From: a bacterium
GTDB taxonomy: Bacteria > Electryoneota > B3-LCP
NCBI GenBank assembly: GCA_026394195.1
Contig: JAPKYS010000054.1
Location: forward strand, 20,583-84,582
Reading direction: 5' to 3'
Length of the DNA stretch: 64,000 nucleotides
The translations under genes and the position numbers were made by a program. Positions 33,601 through 43,400 of this stretch are shown one piece after another (the stretch's first letter is position 1; every line of letters begins with the position of its first letter). Under the pieces are notes generated by a model that was not told the DNA's origin, ran no database searches, and worked only from the letters and a program-made list of their open reading frames with translations.

Positions 33601-34869
33601 TTAATTCGTTATCTCCAACATGATCAGCTTGCGGTTCAATTGCTGCTGCTTGATCTTGGCATTGGCGTATTTGCCGCTGAAGGCTGTCTTAATGTCCCGG
33701 TACAGGTCCCTCGCCTGCTGGTATTTGTCCGCCTTAGCCCAGAGCAGGTAATCCAGCGTTTGATCCGTCGCCACGTTCTCCTTGCTGCGGTTGGAACACG
33801 ACTTGACCGCGTCGGCGACCGCAAACTGCAGGTCTTCAAGCTGATCCTGGTCGAACGTGCCGGTAATGTTGAAGATTACTTTGTATTGGATTCCCTTCTG
33901 CAGGTCGTCTTTCCAGTAAGCCATCACTCGGGAAAGCACCTTGTCGATGGCGTCTTTAATCGCCTCTTCCGTCACGACTTCGGGTGGAGCCGGACGATCG
34001 TACGAATATCCAGTCTCCGTCCCTAACAGCCTGCCGGTTGTGGTCTCGAAGGCGCGCACGGTCACTGAGGCTTTCCGGGTTTCCGTCGAACCCTGCATCC
34101 CTGTGGCGATGCTGACAGTATAGGTGACATAGACGTCCGAACCGATCGATTGAGCCACCTGCAGCGAGACGTCATCTCCCGCTCCCTTGATCAACTTCAT
34201 GGTCGAACCGTAGTTGTTCAGGAAATCCTGCTGTTCCGGTACGATGACTTCGTAGCGCCGCGCGGTCAGATACGATTCGATGGAACGCGCCGCCTGCTTG
34301 AGTTCGCTCTGGTTGTCCAGAGCTTCCAGCGGATTTCCCCCTTTGGGCACTTCCGGCAGCACCAGGATCTGCGGAAGACCCAATTCAGCAGCCAGATCCG
34401 TCCCTGCAACGATCACTCCCAGCGTGACCAAATCCTCCTTGAGCAGTCCCACGTTGACCCGGAAAACCTTCTCGATCTTCAAAGATTTCCCATCAGCCAT
34501 CTTGGCGCGCAGGGTAAAGTCCTGCGCTTCCCAGGCGATATACTTGTTGACGTTGTTCAAGTCGAAGAAATTCTGTTCCTGCAGTGCAAATCGGCTCTTT
34601 TCCTCAGGAGCGGTCAGAATGGGATCTGTTCCCATGTACAGGCAGAAGTACAACGCCGACTTCTTGGCGTCGTTGATCGCGTTGACCTCCTGCTCTTTTT
34701 TGCTGCCCGTACCGATGCCGGCAGCTTGAATCATCCATTCCGTGGGCGAGTAGGATTCCACGAAACTGGCTTGCCGGGATTGGGGCAGGTTTCCCTGTGC
34801 CATTGCATTGGGCGTCAGGAAAGAAGCAGCGATCAGAACGACCAGAACATATTTTAAGACAGAACGCAT
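33601..34869 (-). CDS. Exported protein, DUF6175-like (LPP20/FlgT-N-like N-terminus, CsgG/FlgT-M-like middle)
   Basis: GGAGG RBS, signal peptide, AAGIG..AINDAKKSA, ILVLP, IGSDVYV, VRAFETTTGRLLG. The family assignment is from motif recall only. Confidence 0.65.
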   Translation of the reverse strand: MRSVLKYVLVVLIAASFLTPNAMAQGNLPQSRQASFVESYSPTEWMIQAAGIGTGSKKEQEVNAINDAKKSALYFCLYMGTDPILTAPEEKSRFALQEQNFFDLNNVNKYIAWEAQDFTLRAKMADGKSLKIEKVFRVNVGLLKEDLVTLGVIVAGTDLAAELGLPQILVLPEVPKGGNPLEALDNQSELKQAARSIESYLTARRYEVIVPEQQDFLNNYGSTMKLIKGAGDDVSLQVAQSIGSDVYVTYTVSIATGMQGSTETRKASVTVRAFETTTGRLLGTETGYSYDRPAPPEVVTEEAIKDAIDKVLSRVMAYWKDDLQKGIQYKVIFNITGTFDQDQLEDLQFAVADAVKSCSNRSKENVATDQTLDYLLWAKADKYQQARDLYRDIKTAFSGKYANAKIKQQQLNRKLIMLEITN

Positions 34870-34948
34870 AAGTCCTCCGGGTATTCAAGTACAATATTAT
34901 ATCGTCAGGGAGATCCCGACGAGCTTATCTGTGTTTGAGGCTTCCAAA

Positions 34949-36658
34949 CTAATTGCCCATGGCGCCTCGAGCCATCTTCAAGGGATCATAGCTTAGCGAA
35001 GGCAGCGACCAGGTCAGGTAAACCTGAAACCCCAAACCGCCGAACTGTGCTTTAGGGAGATCCCAATTCGAAACGTCTTGCTCCGCACCATCCGATTTAT
35101 AGGTCCAAGACTTGGTTTCACCCGCTAACCGGTAGCCAGCGCCGACGCCCAGGTTCAGGTCATAGGAAAGCGCAATTTCCATGTTGGCGTTGAACACCAT
35201 GATGAAATTGTCGATGCTCCAACTGTAGTCATGGGAAGTTCCATTATCCATCCCGCTGCCGGAAAAACTGTACGCAGTATATTCCCCCAAAGCTTCCAGG
35301 CCTAAGTGGAAGCGGTTGGCGTAGAACTTCTTGACCAACCCGCCGCCGACTCCCCAGTTCAAGCCGCCCGGTACGTCTTCACCGTACATTTTCCAACCCT
35401 TCAGCTGCCCGTATCCGGCTTCTCCAAAGAGCGCGAAATAAAACTGAGAGATGTTAGTGCTGCGCGCCAGATTGTAGTTGAACCAGAGTTGTCCGCCGTA
35501 GAAGTTGGTTTTGATGTCGTCATCAAACCAATTCAGCGTCTGACCATTCGATTCATAGGTGGCATTCTTTACTGTAAAAGGCAGGTAGACCAATCTGAAA
35601 GACAGATCGATCGGCAGCCGGGGGTGTTCAAGCGCCAACTGGCCCCTCTCGTACCTGCCGCCAATGAGTACCCGGGCTCGAGAATTTGCCGGTTTGTCAC
35701 GGTTATCCGCCACTCTGGAAATCCTCACCATGCCCAGTTTCTTCTGCAGCATCGATCCGTCGGGTTTTTCGATGAATTCCGCCACGATGTACTTATCGTC
35801 AACTCCCAAGCCTTCCTTTTTACCCATACCGAATTCCACCCAGCCCGCCCCGGTATTGGTAATGGGGTTGGTGAGGCGAAACTCCTGGATCTCCTGCGTC
35901 GCCACCTTTAAATTCTTGGCTAACGCCTCGGCGGCAGTATAAAAAGCGTACTCTTCGCCTGACAGCGATTTCCCTGCGTAGCGGATGTTTGTTGCGCTAA
36001 GTTTAGCGAATCCACTTCCTGCCGCATCTTTTTTCGCGAGCAGTTGTACGCTGGATCCAATGGTGTCGGTTTTGATAGAAAACCATAAAATTCCGCCCTT
36101 CAGGTCGTAATTAACCGTGTTGGCGGATGCCGATTCATACTTTTTTGCTTCCGAGAGCACCGGCATATAGATGTAGGCTGAATTCATGATGGCTTTCAAG
36201 TCTTCAGCCGTGATGCCTGATTCTTTTGCTTTTTTTACGATGAAAGAGTTGCGCTCAACTTCGCTGACCAGATTCTGCGCGCGCATTTCTTTTTCTAGAT
36301 CGACGAAGCGCATGATCTCAGGAGCCAGCACCTCGTTCATCATTTGCGCTAATGCGTCCAAATCCGTGACGCCGCGCGCCAATATCTGCTGCTTGAAATC
36401 AGCTAAAATCGCATCTGGTAGCGGATTATAATCGAAGCGGCTCATGCTCATTTCGTTATTAATAGCGTTGAGCAGGAATGCATCCTGATCGGCGTTTAGC
36501 TGGGCGCCACCCAATTTTAAGACCGCGTCAACGTAGGAGATGGATTTGCGCTGATATTTTGCCTGAGTGTCCTGAGCGTATGGTGTGTTGTAACTGACGG
36601 CAAGTATCAGAAACAGGATCAGACCGCTTAAAATTCCTCTGTGGCAGCGAAACCGCAT
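34949..36658 (-). CDS. Exported protein with an FlgT-C-like segment and C-terminal beta-barrel
   Basis: GGAGG RBS, signal peptide, VEFGMGKKEGLGVDDKYIV...LGMVRI, and amphipathic beta strands over the last ~210 aa. Confidence 0.7.
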   Translation of the reverse strand: MRFRCHRGILSGLILFLILAVSYNTPYAQDTQAKYQRKSISYVDAVLKLGGAQLNADQDAFLLNAINNEMSMSRFDYNPLPDAILADFKQQILARGVTDLDALAQMMNEVLAPEIMRFVDLEKEMRAQNLVSEVERNSFIVKKAKESGITAEDLKAIMNSAYIYMPVLSEAKKYESASANTVNYDLKGGILWFSIKTDTIGSSVQLLAKKDAAGSGFAKLSATNIRYAGKSLSGEEYAFYTAAEALAKNLKVATQEIQEFRLTNPITNTGAGWVEFGMGKKEGLGVDDKYIVAEFIEKPDGSMLQKKLGMVRISRVADNRDKPANSRARVLIGGRYERGQLALEHPRLPIDLSFRLVYLPFTVKNATYESNGQTLNWFDDDIKTNFYGGQLWFNYNLARSTNISQFYFALFGEAGYGQLKGWKMYGEDVPGGLNWGVGGGLVKKFYANRFHLGLEALGEYTAYSFSGSGMDNGTSHDYSWSIDNFIMVFNANMEIALSYDLNLGVGAGYRLAGETKSWTYKSDGAEQDVSNWDLPKAQFGGLGFQVYLTWSLPSLSYDPLKMARGAMGN

Positions 36659-36758
36659 GATGCCTCCGGTGTTGGGTTGAAATACTTGGTAATTTTAAAC
36701 TTATTTGTCTATTTTGGGCAACAATTAATGAAAGGTTGAGAGTCCCTTCTTCGTGGAT

Positions 36759-37901
36759 TCAGTTCTGCGGCGCGGTATAGCGGGCAGTCACCTTGTCTTT
36801 GGTCGTTTCAGAAACTGCAAGGTTGGGTAAATGATCCAATTTCAGCGCCACCAGGTGGATGTTTTCCGAGTAGTTGAAGCTGAAAGTCGACGTCTTCCCT
36901 TCCTGAAATCCTTCGTCTTTGACCTCCGAGTCCCGGAAGCGGACGTTATTCAGGTAGTTCTTTACCTTCATGTACTCATCCACGTTTGGGATGCCGTCCA
37001 CTTGAATGGTGATTTCGCTGGCTTTCTCCTTGCCGTAAGCCGCCAATTGCTCGAAAAAGTCCTTGCCGAAGGCTTTCGCGGCAGCCTTACTCAAAGCATC
37101 GAAGGAGGCTTTTTCGGGTGTGGGTCCCGTTCCGATGATGCCTTCCATAGGAGCGGCATACTGAGAAATAATCTGTCCCGTCGAGGTTTCAAGGGCGCGT
37201 ACACTCACCCAGCAGGTATAGATATAGACCGTTACCGGTCCAGCAAATCCGGACACCTGTTTGGAGTCCCCCGCTTTCAGCGTGACCGTACCCGGGATAA
37301 CAAGATTGGAGAGCAGGGCATAGCCGATCTTGCGAGCCGCCGCCATATCCTGATGCTGAGCCGCCGCGGTCAGATCGGCTTCCATACCACTTACGGCTGA
37401 TAATTGCGACGCATCGCGCACGTCAAATTTGGCTTTGACCAGCTTGGAAATCAACAAATCCGCCATCCGCTGATCCGAAACCACCTGCCCGTCGAATTCG
37501 TTGACGAAACCGACCACGCAGGAGTAATTGCGCAGGACTTTGGCGGCAGCCTCCGGCGTGATCTCCTTGCTGACTTCGCATTCCACCTGCAAGACCAGGT
37601 ACTCCTTCTCCATCTTTTCCGAAAGAATCTTGCTGCTCTTCACGTAGCCGTTGACCATGGAGAGAACGTCATCGTTCGCCATCATGAAATCCTGAACCGC
37701 TGTCTGGGCTTTGATTTGAACTCCCAGAACCTGTTCGACGGCGTTGCGCTGAGCATCCACCAGGGCTTCTTCACGCGCTGCGGGCATGTCATTGTTGAAA
37801 ACGGTCGCTTCGCCGCGTGCGGTGATTTTTACGACCGGCGCTTCTGCAAACGCTACGCCGATCATGGAGATGAGAATCAGTGGGATGAGTATCGATTTCA
37901 T
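36759..37901 (-). CDS. Exported protein with an FlgT N-terminal-like domain
   Basis: Signal peptide, ARGEA....AREEALVDAQRNAVEQVLGVQI....GYVKSSKILSE, VRALETSTGQII. Confidence 0.75.
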   Translation of the reverse strand: MKSILIPLILISMIGVAFAEAPVVKITARGEATVFNNDMPAAREEALVDAQRNAVEQVLGVQIKAQTAVQDFMMANDDVLSMVNGYVKSSKILSEKMEKEYLVLQVECEVSKEITPEAAAKVLRNYSCVVGFVNEFDGQVVSDQRMADLLISKLVKAKFDVRDASQLSAVSGMEADLTAAAQHQDMAAARKIGYALLSNLVIPGTVTLKAGDSKQVSGFAGPVTVYIYTCWVSVRALETSTGQIISQYAAPMEGIIGTGPTPEKASFDALSKAAAKAFGKDFFEQLAAYGKEKASEITIQVDGIPNVDEYMKVKNYLNNVRFRDSEVKDEGFQEGKTSTFSFNYSENIHLVALKLDHLPNLAVSETTKDKVTARYTAPQN

Positions 37902-37961
37902 AGTTGCCTCAAGAATATAGAGGTGTTCAGCAGTGATCGTGATCTTGGGGTGTATGGAAAT

Positions 37962-37990
37962 AAAAAAGGCAAAACCACCCCGTTTTGCCC
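37962..37990 (-). terminator. Rho-independent terminator after the SLBB gene
   Basis: Minus strand GGGCAAAAC-GGGGTG-GTTTTGCCT followed by a T-run. Confidence 0.75.
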
Positions 37991-38049
37991 CGTTATACTC
38001 AAAGTTAGATTTAATCGTTCCCCGCCGTCTTCGGCTGTCCTGCCGTACT

Positions 38050-38547
38050 TTATCGGCGAGTGGAAAGGTGCGCCAGGTAATATACGTTGGCTACGATGGC
38101 CAACTGCGCCACTACCTGAACTACGGTGGAAAATAAATACCATACTGATCCCGAGACGATGATGGTATCTTCCGGCTTTAAAGTCGGGATGAGATTGCGG
38201 TCTCCGGTTTTCAAGTACTTGCGAATGTTTACGTCGATCACTTCGCTGCCGGAAGACGCGCCGCGCACCAACTTGACGTTATCCAACCGGCTCTTATCCG
38301 CTGGTCCGCCCGCTACCGAAATCAAGGTGATCAGATCCGTATCCGTGGGCACCACGTACTGACCGGGCTTCACCACTCTCCCCCAGACGTTGATGATCAT
38401 CATGAGCTGGTTTTCGTCGCCGATGATATAGCGCGCAGCAGATTCACCATATTTCGAAATGGTAGTTATCGGCGGTTCCTCGGCAGCTTTCGTGGTCAAT
38501 GCTGCGGAAAATAACAGTAACGCAAAGAGCAGAAATCGTTTGATCAT
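38050..38547 (-). CDS. SLBB-domain (Wza-like) exported protein
   Basis: INVWGRVVKPGQY, LISVAGG, LKPEDTIIV, C-terminal amphipathic helix. Confidence 0.85.
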   Translation of the reverse strand: MIKRFLLFALLLFSAALTTKAAEEPPITTISKYGESAARYIIGDENQLMMIINVWGRVVKPGQYVVPTDTDLITLISVAGGPADKSRLDNVKLVRGASSGSEVIDVNIRKYLKTGDRNLIPTLKPEDTIIVSGSVWYLFSTVVQVVAQLAIVANVYYLAHLSTRR

Positions 38548-38591
38548 CTCGTAACCTTGATTGGGAAATCTCTTAACGTTCGTGTTTAGTT

Positions 38592-39365
38592 TCAGTTAAG
38601 GTTGAATTGCACGGCGGCTTCACTGCCTGACGGCAGAAGGACCGATGTGGCGCCCACCACGTCCACCTGGTATCGATAAGTTCCCGCTGTCAGCGGACCG
38701 ATAAAGATGCTGGTCAAGGGGAAAAACTCCTGGTGGTTTTCCAGAAATATCGGCGTCCACACACCACTTTCAAGGCGATTCAACCGGACGATAAACCCGC
38801 TGGTGACGGTCGGATCCAGGTGATTGTAACTCCAGGACAAAATCAAACTGTCCCCCTGTGCCACGGGATTGGAGAGTACTGGTTTGTCCATAAGGCGATA
38901 ATACGCCTCTGCCGATAAGGCGCTCTCATTACTGCTTTCGTCCAACGCGGTCACCCAGTAATAGAATCCCTGCGAAAACCCGGTCTGAGAATTGGGCGCC
39001 AGGTTGGCGTCTCGGTCGGTATATTCCGTCAGCTCCAATCCGTCGGCGATGATCTGCTTCTCGGATGAATCTTCCGACATACGGTAGAGGCGGTATCCCG
39101 CCAGATCCAGAGCAGCCGAAGGGAGCCAGCTCAGGTAGATGTAATTGCCTTCGGGGACAGCATCGATGCCGGTCTCGATCGAATCGGTCTCGGCGCTGCG
39201 CGGGGTGAACTGCATCTGCGCGGGCGGTTCGGTGTCCGCAGCGAACTTTTCCTTGCCGCAGCCGGAGAATAAACTCAACGCGATCAGAGCAAACAGGCAG
39301 ATTTGAACCGTTGTCCGCTGCTTTTTATCGATGTTCAATCGATCCTCGAAATGACCTGTCGTCAT
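38592..39365 (-). CDS. Lipoprotein with fibronectin-III-like domains
   Basis: Lipobox LFSGC; LSW..DLAGYRLYR..YYWVTALDESSNES. Confidence 0.8.
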   Translation of the reverse strand: MTTGHFEDRLNIDKKQRTTVQICLFALIALSLFSGCGKEKFAADTEPPAQMQFTPRSAETDSIETGIDAVPEGNYIYLSWLPSAALDLAGYRLYRMSEDSSEKQIIADGLELTEYTDRDANLAPNSQTGFSQGFYYWVTALDESSNESALSAEAYYRLMDKPVLSNPVAQGDSLILSWSYNHLDPTVTSGFIVRLNRLESGVWTPIFLENHQEFFPLTSIFIGPLTAGTYRYQVDVVGATSVLLPSGSEAAVQFNLN

Positions 39366-39367
39366 GA

Positions 39368-40429
39368 TTAGAATTGATAACTGATGGATAACCGGTGAGC
39401 ATTCCCTAACTCAGCCTTCAGAAATGCGTAGTCGCAAAAGAGATGCCAGTAGTTGATCCCGAACCCAGCCGTCCAGACGCCGAAGTCGATGTCGTTCCAT
39501 TTCCCCGAAACCAACTCGCCCCAATCCAACCGGGTGAACCCCATACGGAAAAAGAGGGTACGATCGTAGATGTATTCCAAGCCGAGGCGGCCATCGTATT
39601 GGTATCTCGTGTTGGAGACGCGCTCGAAACTGAATTCGCTCTTGATGGACGGAATTTTATGCCGGTAGGCGAGTCCGATGCGCAGATTCTGGGTGATGAC
39701 GTCGGTGTTCTCCCCGCTCCACTGAATGCCGGTCTTGGTGACGTCCTGGTAGGTCATCCCTAAGGCAAATTCACCTAAGTATGGTTTGGCGAACATATCC
39801 GCCAGCGAAAACTTGATCTGAAAGCCGAGGTCCGCTCCCAAACCGAAAGCCTCTTCGGTGTAAAGCTTCTGCCGGATGATTTTAACGCTGGCTCCGTAGG
39901 GAATTTCGATGGGGATTTCGAACAGTGCCCATCCAAAATCCAGATTGACCTTGTTCATCCGGGCAAAGCTGATGAAGACCGCGTCTTCGGCGTCGCTGAA
40001 GTAACCGGAAGGGACGCCGTTAATCAGATTCTTGCGTTGTTCCAGCGAATACCCTGAATAGTCCGGGAAGATGGGAATTTCATCGACCGCCAGACGGATC
40101 CAGTGTATTCCCAATGCCGCTCCGGTAATGGGAATGACCGCGCCCAGCACCGAATGCTGCGCCAGCGGATTCCCAAAAGTTCCGAATTGGTTGGAGTACA
40201 TCCCCCAGACAGTGATACTGGGCACGCGCGCAAGTCCCGCCGGATTCCAGTAAAATGACGAGGGATCTTCCGCCAGAGCGCAGTAGGCTCCACCCAGACC
40301 CAGCGCCCGCCCGCCCACGCCGATCTCCAGAAATTCTCCGGCGTATCGCGTCGCCCGGCTGACCGGAATCAGGCTGATCATTCCGGCAGCTATCAGAAAA
40401 ATACCAACTGTCCAGCGTCGCATCATCAT
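39368..40429 (-). CDS. porV: PorV/PorQ-like (UPF0164) outer-membrane beta-barrel
   Basis: FLEIGVGGRALGLGGAY..YWNPAGLA and terminal DYAF..LGNAHRLSISYQF; adjacent to the porU-like gene. Confidence 0.8.
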   Translation of the reverse strand: MMMRRWTVGIFLIAAGMISLIPVSRATRYAGEFLEIGVGGRALGLGGAYCALAEDPSSFYWNPAGLARVPSITVWGMYSNQFGTFGNPLAQHSVLGAVIPITGAALGIHWIRLAVDEIPIFPDYSGYSLEQRKNLINGVPSGYFSDAEDAVFISFARMNKVNLDFGWALFEIPIEIPYGASVKIIRQKLYTEEAFGLGADLGFQIKFSLADMFAKPYLGEFALGMTYQDVTKTGIQWSGENTDVITQNLRIGLAYRHKIPSIKSEFSFERVSNTRYQYDGRLGLEYIYDRTLFFRMGFTRLDWGELVSGKWNDIDFGVWTAGFGINYWHLFCDYAFLKAELGNAHRLSISYQF

Positions 40430-40438
40430 CTCTTAGGG

Positions 40439-43400
40439 CTATCCTTTGCGTAATTTCGCCATTTTCATCGTCTTTTCGATCTTGGTATCGCCGCGCCTGG
40501 CCATGATCTTATAAAAGTAGACTCCGTTGGCAATCGTCGATCCATCTTCATCCAATCCGTCCCAGTAAATTTCACCATAGTTGATTTCCTGAGCGGAGTT
40601 ACTGTAGAGTGTGCGGATCAACCGGCCCGAAACGGTGTAGATACGGATGCGGACCGGTTCGGTGGTCTGTTCGGTCAACCGGTAGGAGAAATAGGTCTTG
40701 TCGTTAAACGGGTTGGGGTAATTGCCTATGAAATCCAGCTTGAACTGTCCCACTACGGTGAACTGAATGCTGGCGGAACCGGTATTGCCGGCCAGATCGT
40801 GCGCTACCACCGAAACCGTGTGATTTCCGGTGGCGAACGTTGGGTTGATAGACAGGTTGAACACCTGACCGCTGTTTTCTATCCCGACGCTGACCAGGTT
40901 GGTATCCACCGCCACGCCATCCACCGAGATCCAGTAAGTACTGGTCTTAACGTTCACTCCGCCGACGTCCTGCACCAGGGCAGAAATCTTCGGCTGCATG
41001 GGAACGTACCCACCCTCAGTATAGATCTGTCCTTCGACGCTGAGCTCGATTTTGGGACCCTGATGGTCGCCGTTCTGCAGGATGGTAAACAGACCGGTTG
41101 AATGAGTCGAAACCGAATAACGGTACTTGACCGGTGGTGTGAAGGAAAGAGTATCCACCACGCTGTTCAAGCACTGCCAGAAAGGCTGCTCGCCGTTCTG
41201 CAAATGAATATACGTCTCGCTGTTGTCTGTCAGAGTATCATTTTGCACCTGTTGATCGACGCTGAGCTTCATCGAATCGCCGACGATCTGAATGCTTCCC
41301 AACAGATCGACTTCAAATCCCAGACCCGATGGCGACCCGTTGGAATCGGGCATGGCGAAGAAGAGCCCGTTCTGCATGGTCGGGATGGAGAGATCGTCTC
41401 GCATCCGGTAGATCATCACGCCCTGCCCGCTGACGCCTCCGGGTGGAATGAACAGCCGGAAAGAATCTCCCAAAGTCAAGGTGTCGGCGGTTCCCGTACT
41501 CGGGGAAATTGAGAAATGGTCGATCAGCAGCTGCTGTTGATAGAGAGCCGTGGAATCGAAACTCCCCCAGCCGGATTCATTGATAGATATTTCCAGATTG
41601 TGCCAGCCTGGATTCAGCGTCGAAATCACGTAGGCTTCCTGAGTCTGGTTAAACGGGAGGTTACGGATGATCGCCGTACCCAGTGGAACCAGAGCTGCGT
41701 CATGGAGATAGAAACGAACGTCCAGAGAATCTATGGTGGTTTGCCCCAGATTTTTCACTTGCACGATCAAGGCGGCCTGATTCTCCCGCATCCCCATGGT
41801 CAAGCTGCTGTCCACCCAGACCGGATTGGCGCGGCTGTCCAGGAAGGGAAAGTTCTTGTCTTCAGAAGTGGTCAAATTCCCCGACGAATCCTCTACCACC
41901 ACCCAGGCGACGATGCGGTCGGTAGGAGCGTAGTGATACGTGGCTGAATCCATCGGCGTCGTCGTATGGTACCAGGGTGGATTGACGGCGGGACTCATGG
42001 GCAGCGAGTCGTGCGGGACGATGGGAATGCCCTGGTTGGTTTCGATGATGTAATGCATCCGGGCTGAAGCTATCCCCTGAGCGTCCAGAATCCGAGCTTT
42101 CAGCGTGAAGGTATCCCGCGCGTAGACCGGTTCCGGATCGGTGGATAGTGAGTCGATGACGGAACCATCGGAGTAGGCATCCAGAAGGTACAGTGGAGCG
42201 ACTCCACGGTAGGTGGTTGATCCGATGGCATCCCAGAAACTTAGGCGATAACTGCCGCCCGAAAGGAAGGAGCTGTCGCCCAAAGCGGGCAGCGGAAACA
42301 CGGCACGCAATCCATCCGCGTAGGGAATCAGCGGAGTTTCATAAGGCGGTCCACCCAGTGGACCGAATTGCAGAGCCGGGTAATTATTACTGTCATAAAC
42401 CCGCAGCATTCCCTGGTAGCCGGAATAATTCCCCGGAACCAAGATAGTGATCGTATCGCCGCTGGAAGAGAACTGCGGTGAATACTGCACTGGATTTGAG
42501 TATCGGGTCGAATACGCCAGCTTTACCGATGGATCGCCCAGCAAATTCATCAGATGGATGGTATCGAACGCTTCGACGGACTGCCCCTGCTGCCCCCAGT
42601 AGGAATAGAAAGCGATCTTGGCAGCATTGACGACCTGTCCCAGCGACAGATTCTGGTCATCATAGATCAGCCCCACCAGAGTTTCCTGCAGGTAGCTTCC
42701 GTTTAGGAACCAGCCCAGACCGGTCGATCCGAGTACGGCAATTGCGCCTCGCTGCGGCACGAAAATAAATTCCTCGCCCAGCGTGGAGGCGTCCTGCAAG
42801 GCATCGAAAGCGCCGATGAAACAGGTGAAGTTGGTGACGAAGGGGTATTTGCCGAAGTTGGTAAGCTGGGGCAGATTATCGATGCGGAACAGGGAGTTAT
42901 CCGACCAGACGGCTCCAGCGCCGTGACCGTTGTAATCGACTGCTAACGCTCCCTGGTCCAACAGGTCGATCAGATCTGTTGTCGCGCCGTAAAATGGGTT
43001 GGTGGTCGGATCGGTCGCAAGACGTTCCGGCAGAACGTCATCGTCGAGTTGGTCGATGACTGCCTGACTGACCGACAGGAAGGTGTAGTTCTCTATCCCG
43101 CCGGTTCCGGAGACGAAGAGGTGCGTATTACGCCAGGCTCCGGGGCTGGGATTGGTATCGTACTCCTCTAATTTGGCGAGATAGTTATCCAACTCCTCCG
43201 TGTCGCGCGCCGAGATGCGTCCCACCGCCACGTCGGGGATTAAATCATCGTCCAGCAGCCCATACCAGAAATCGCTGGCGACAGATCCGTACGCCTTGGT
43301 TTGTATATAATGCGCCGGCATCAGATTCCCGCCGTTGCCGAAGATATTGCGTGTGTCGTAGGATCCGTCGCCGACTAACAGCAGGAACTCCGGTGGTTCT

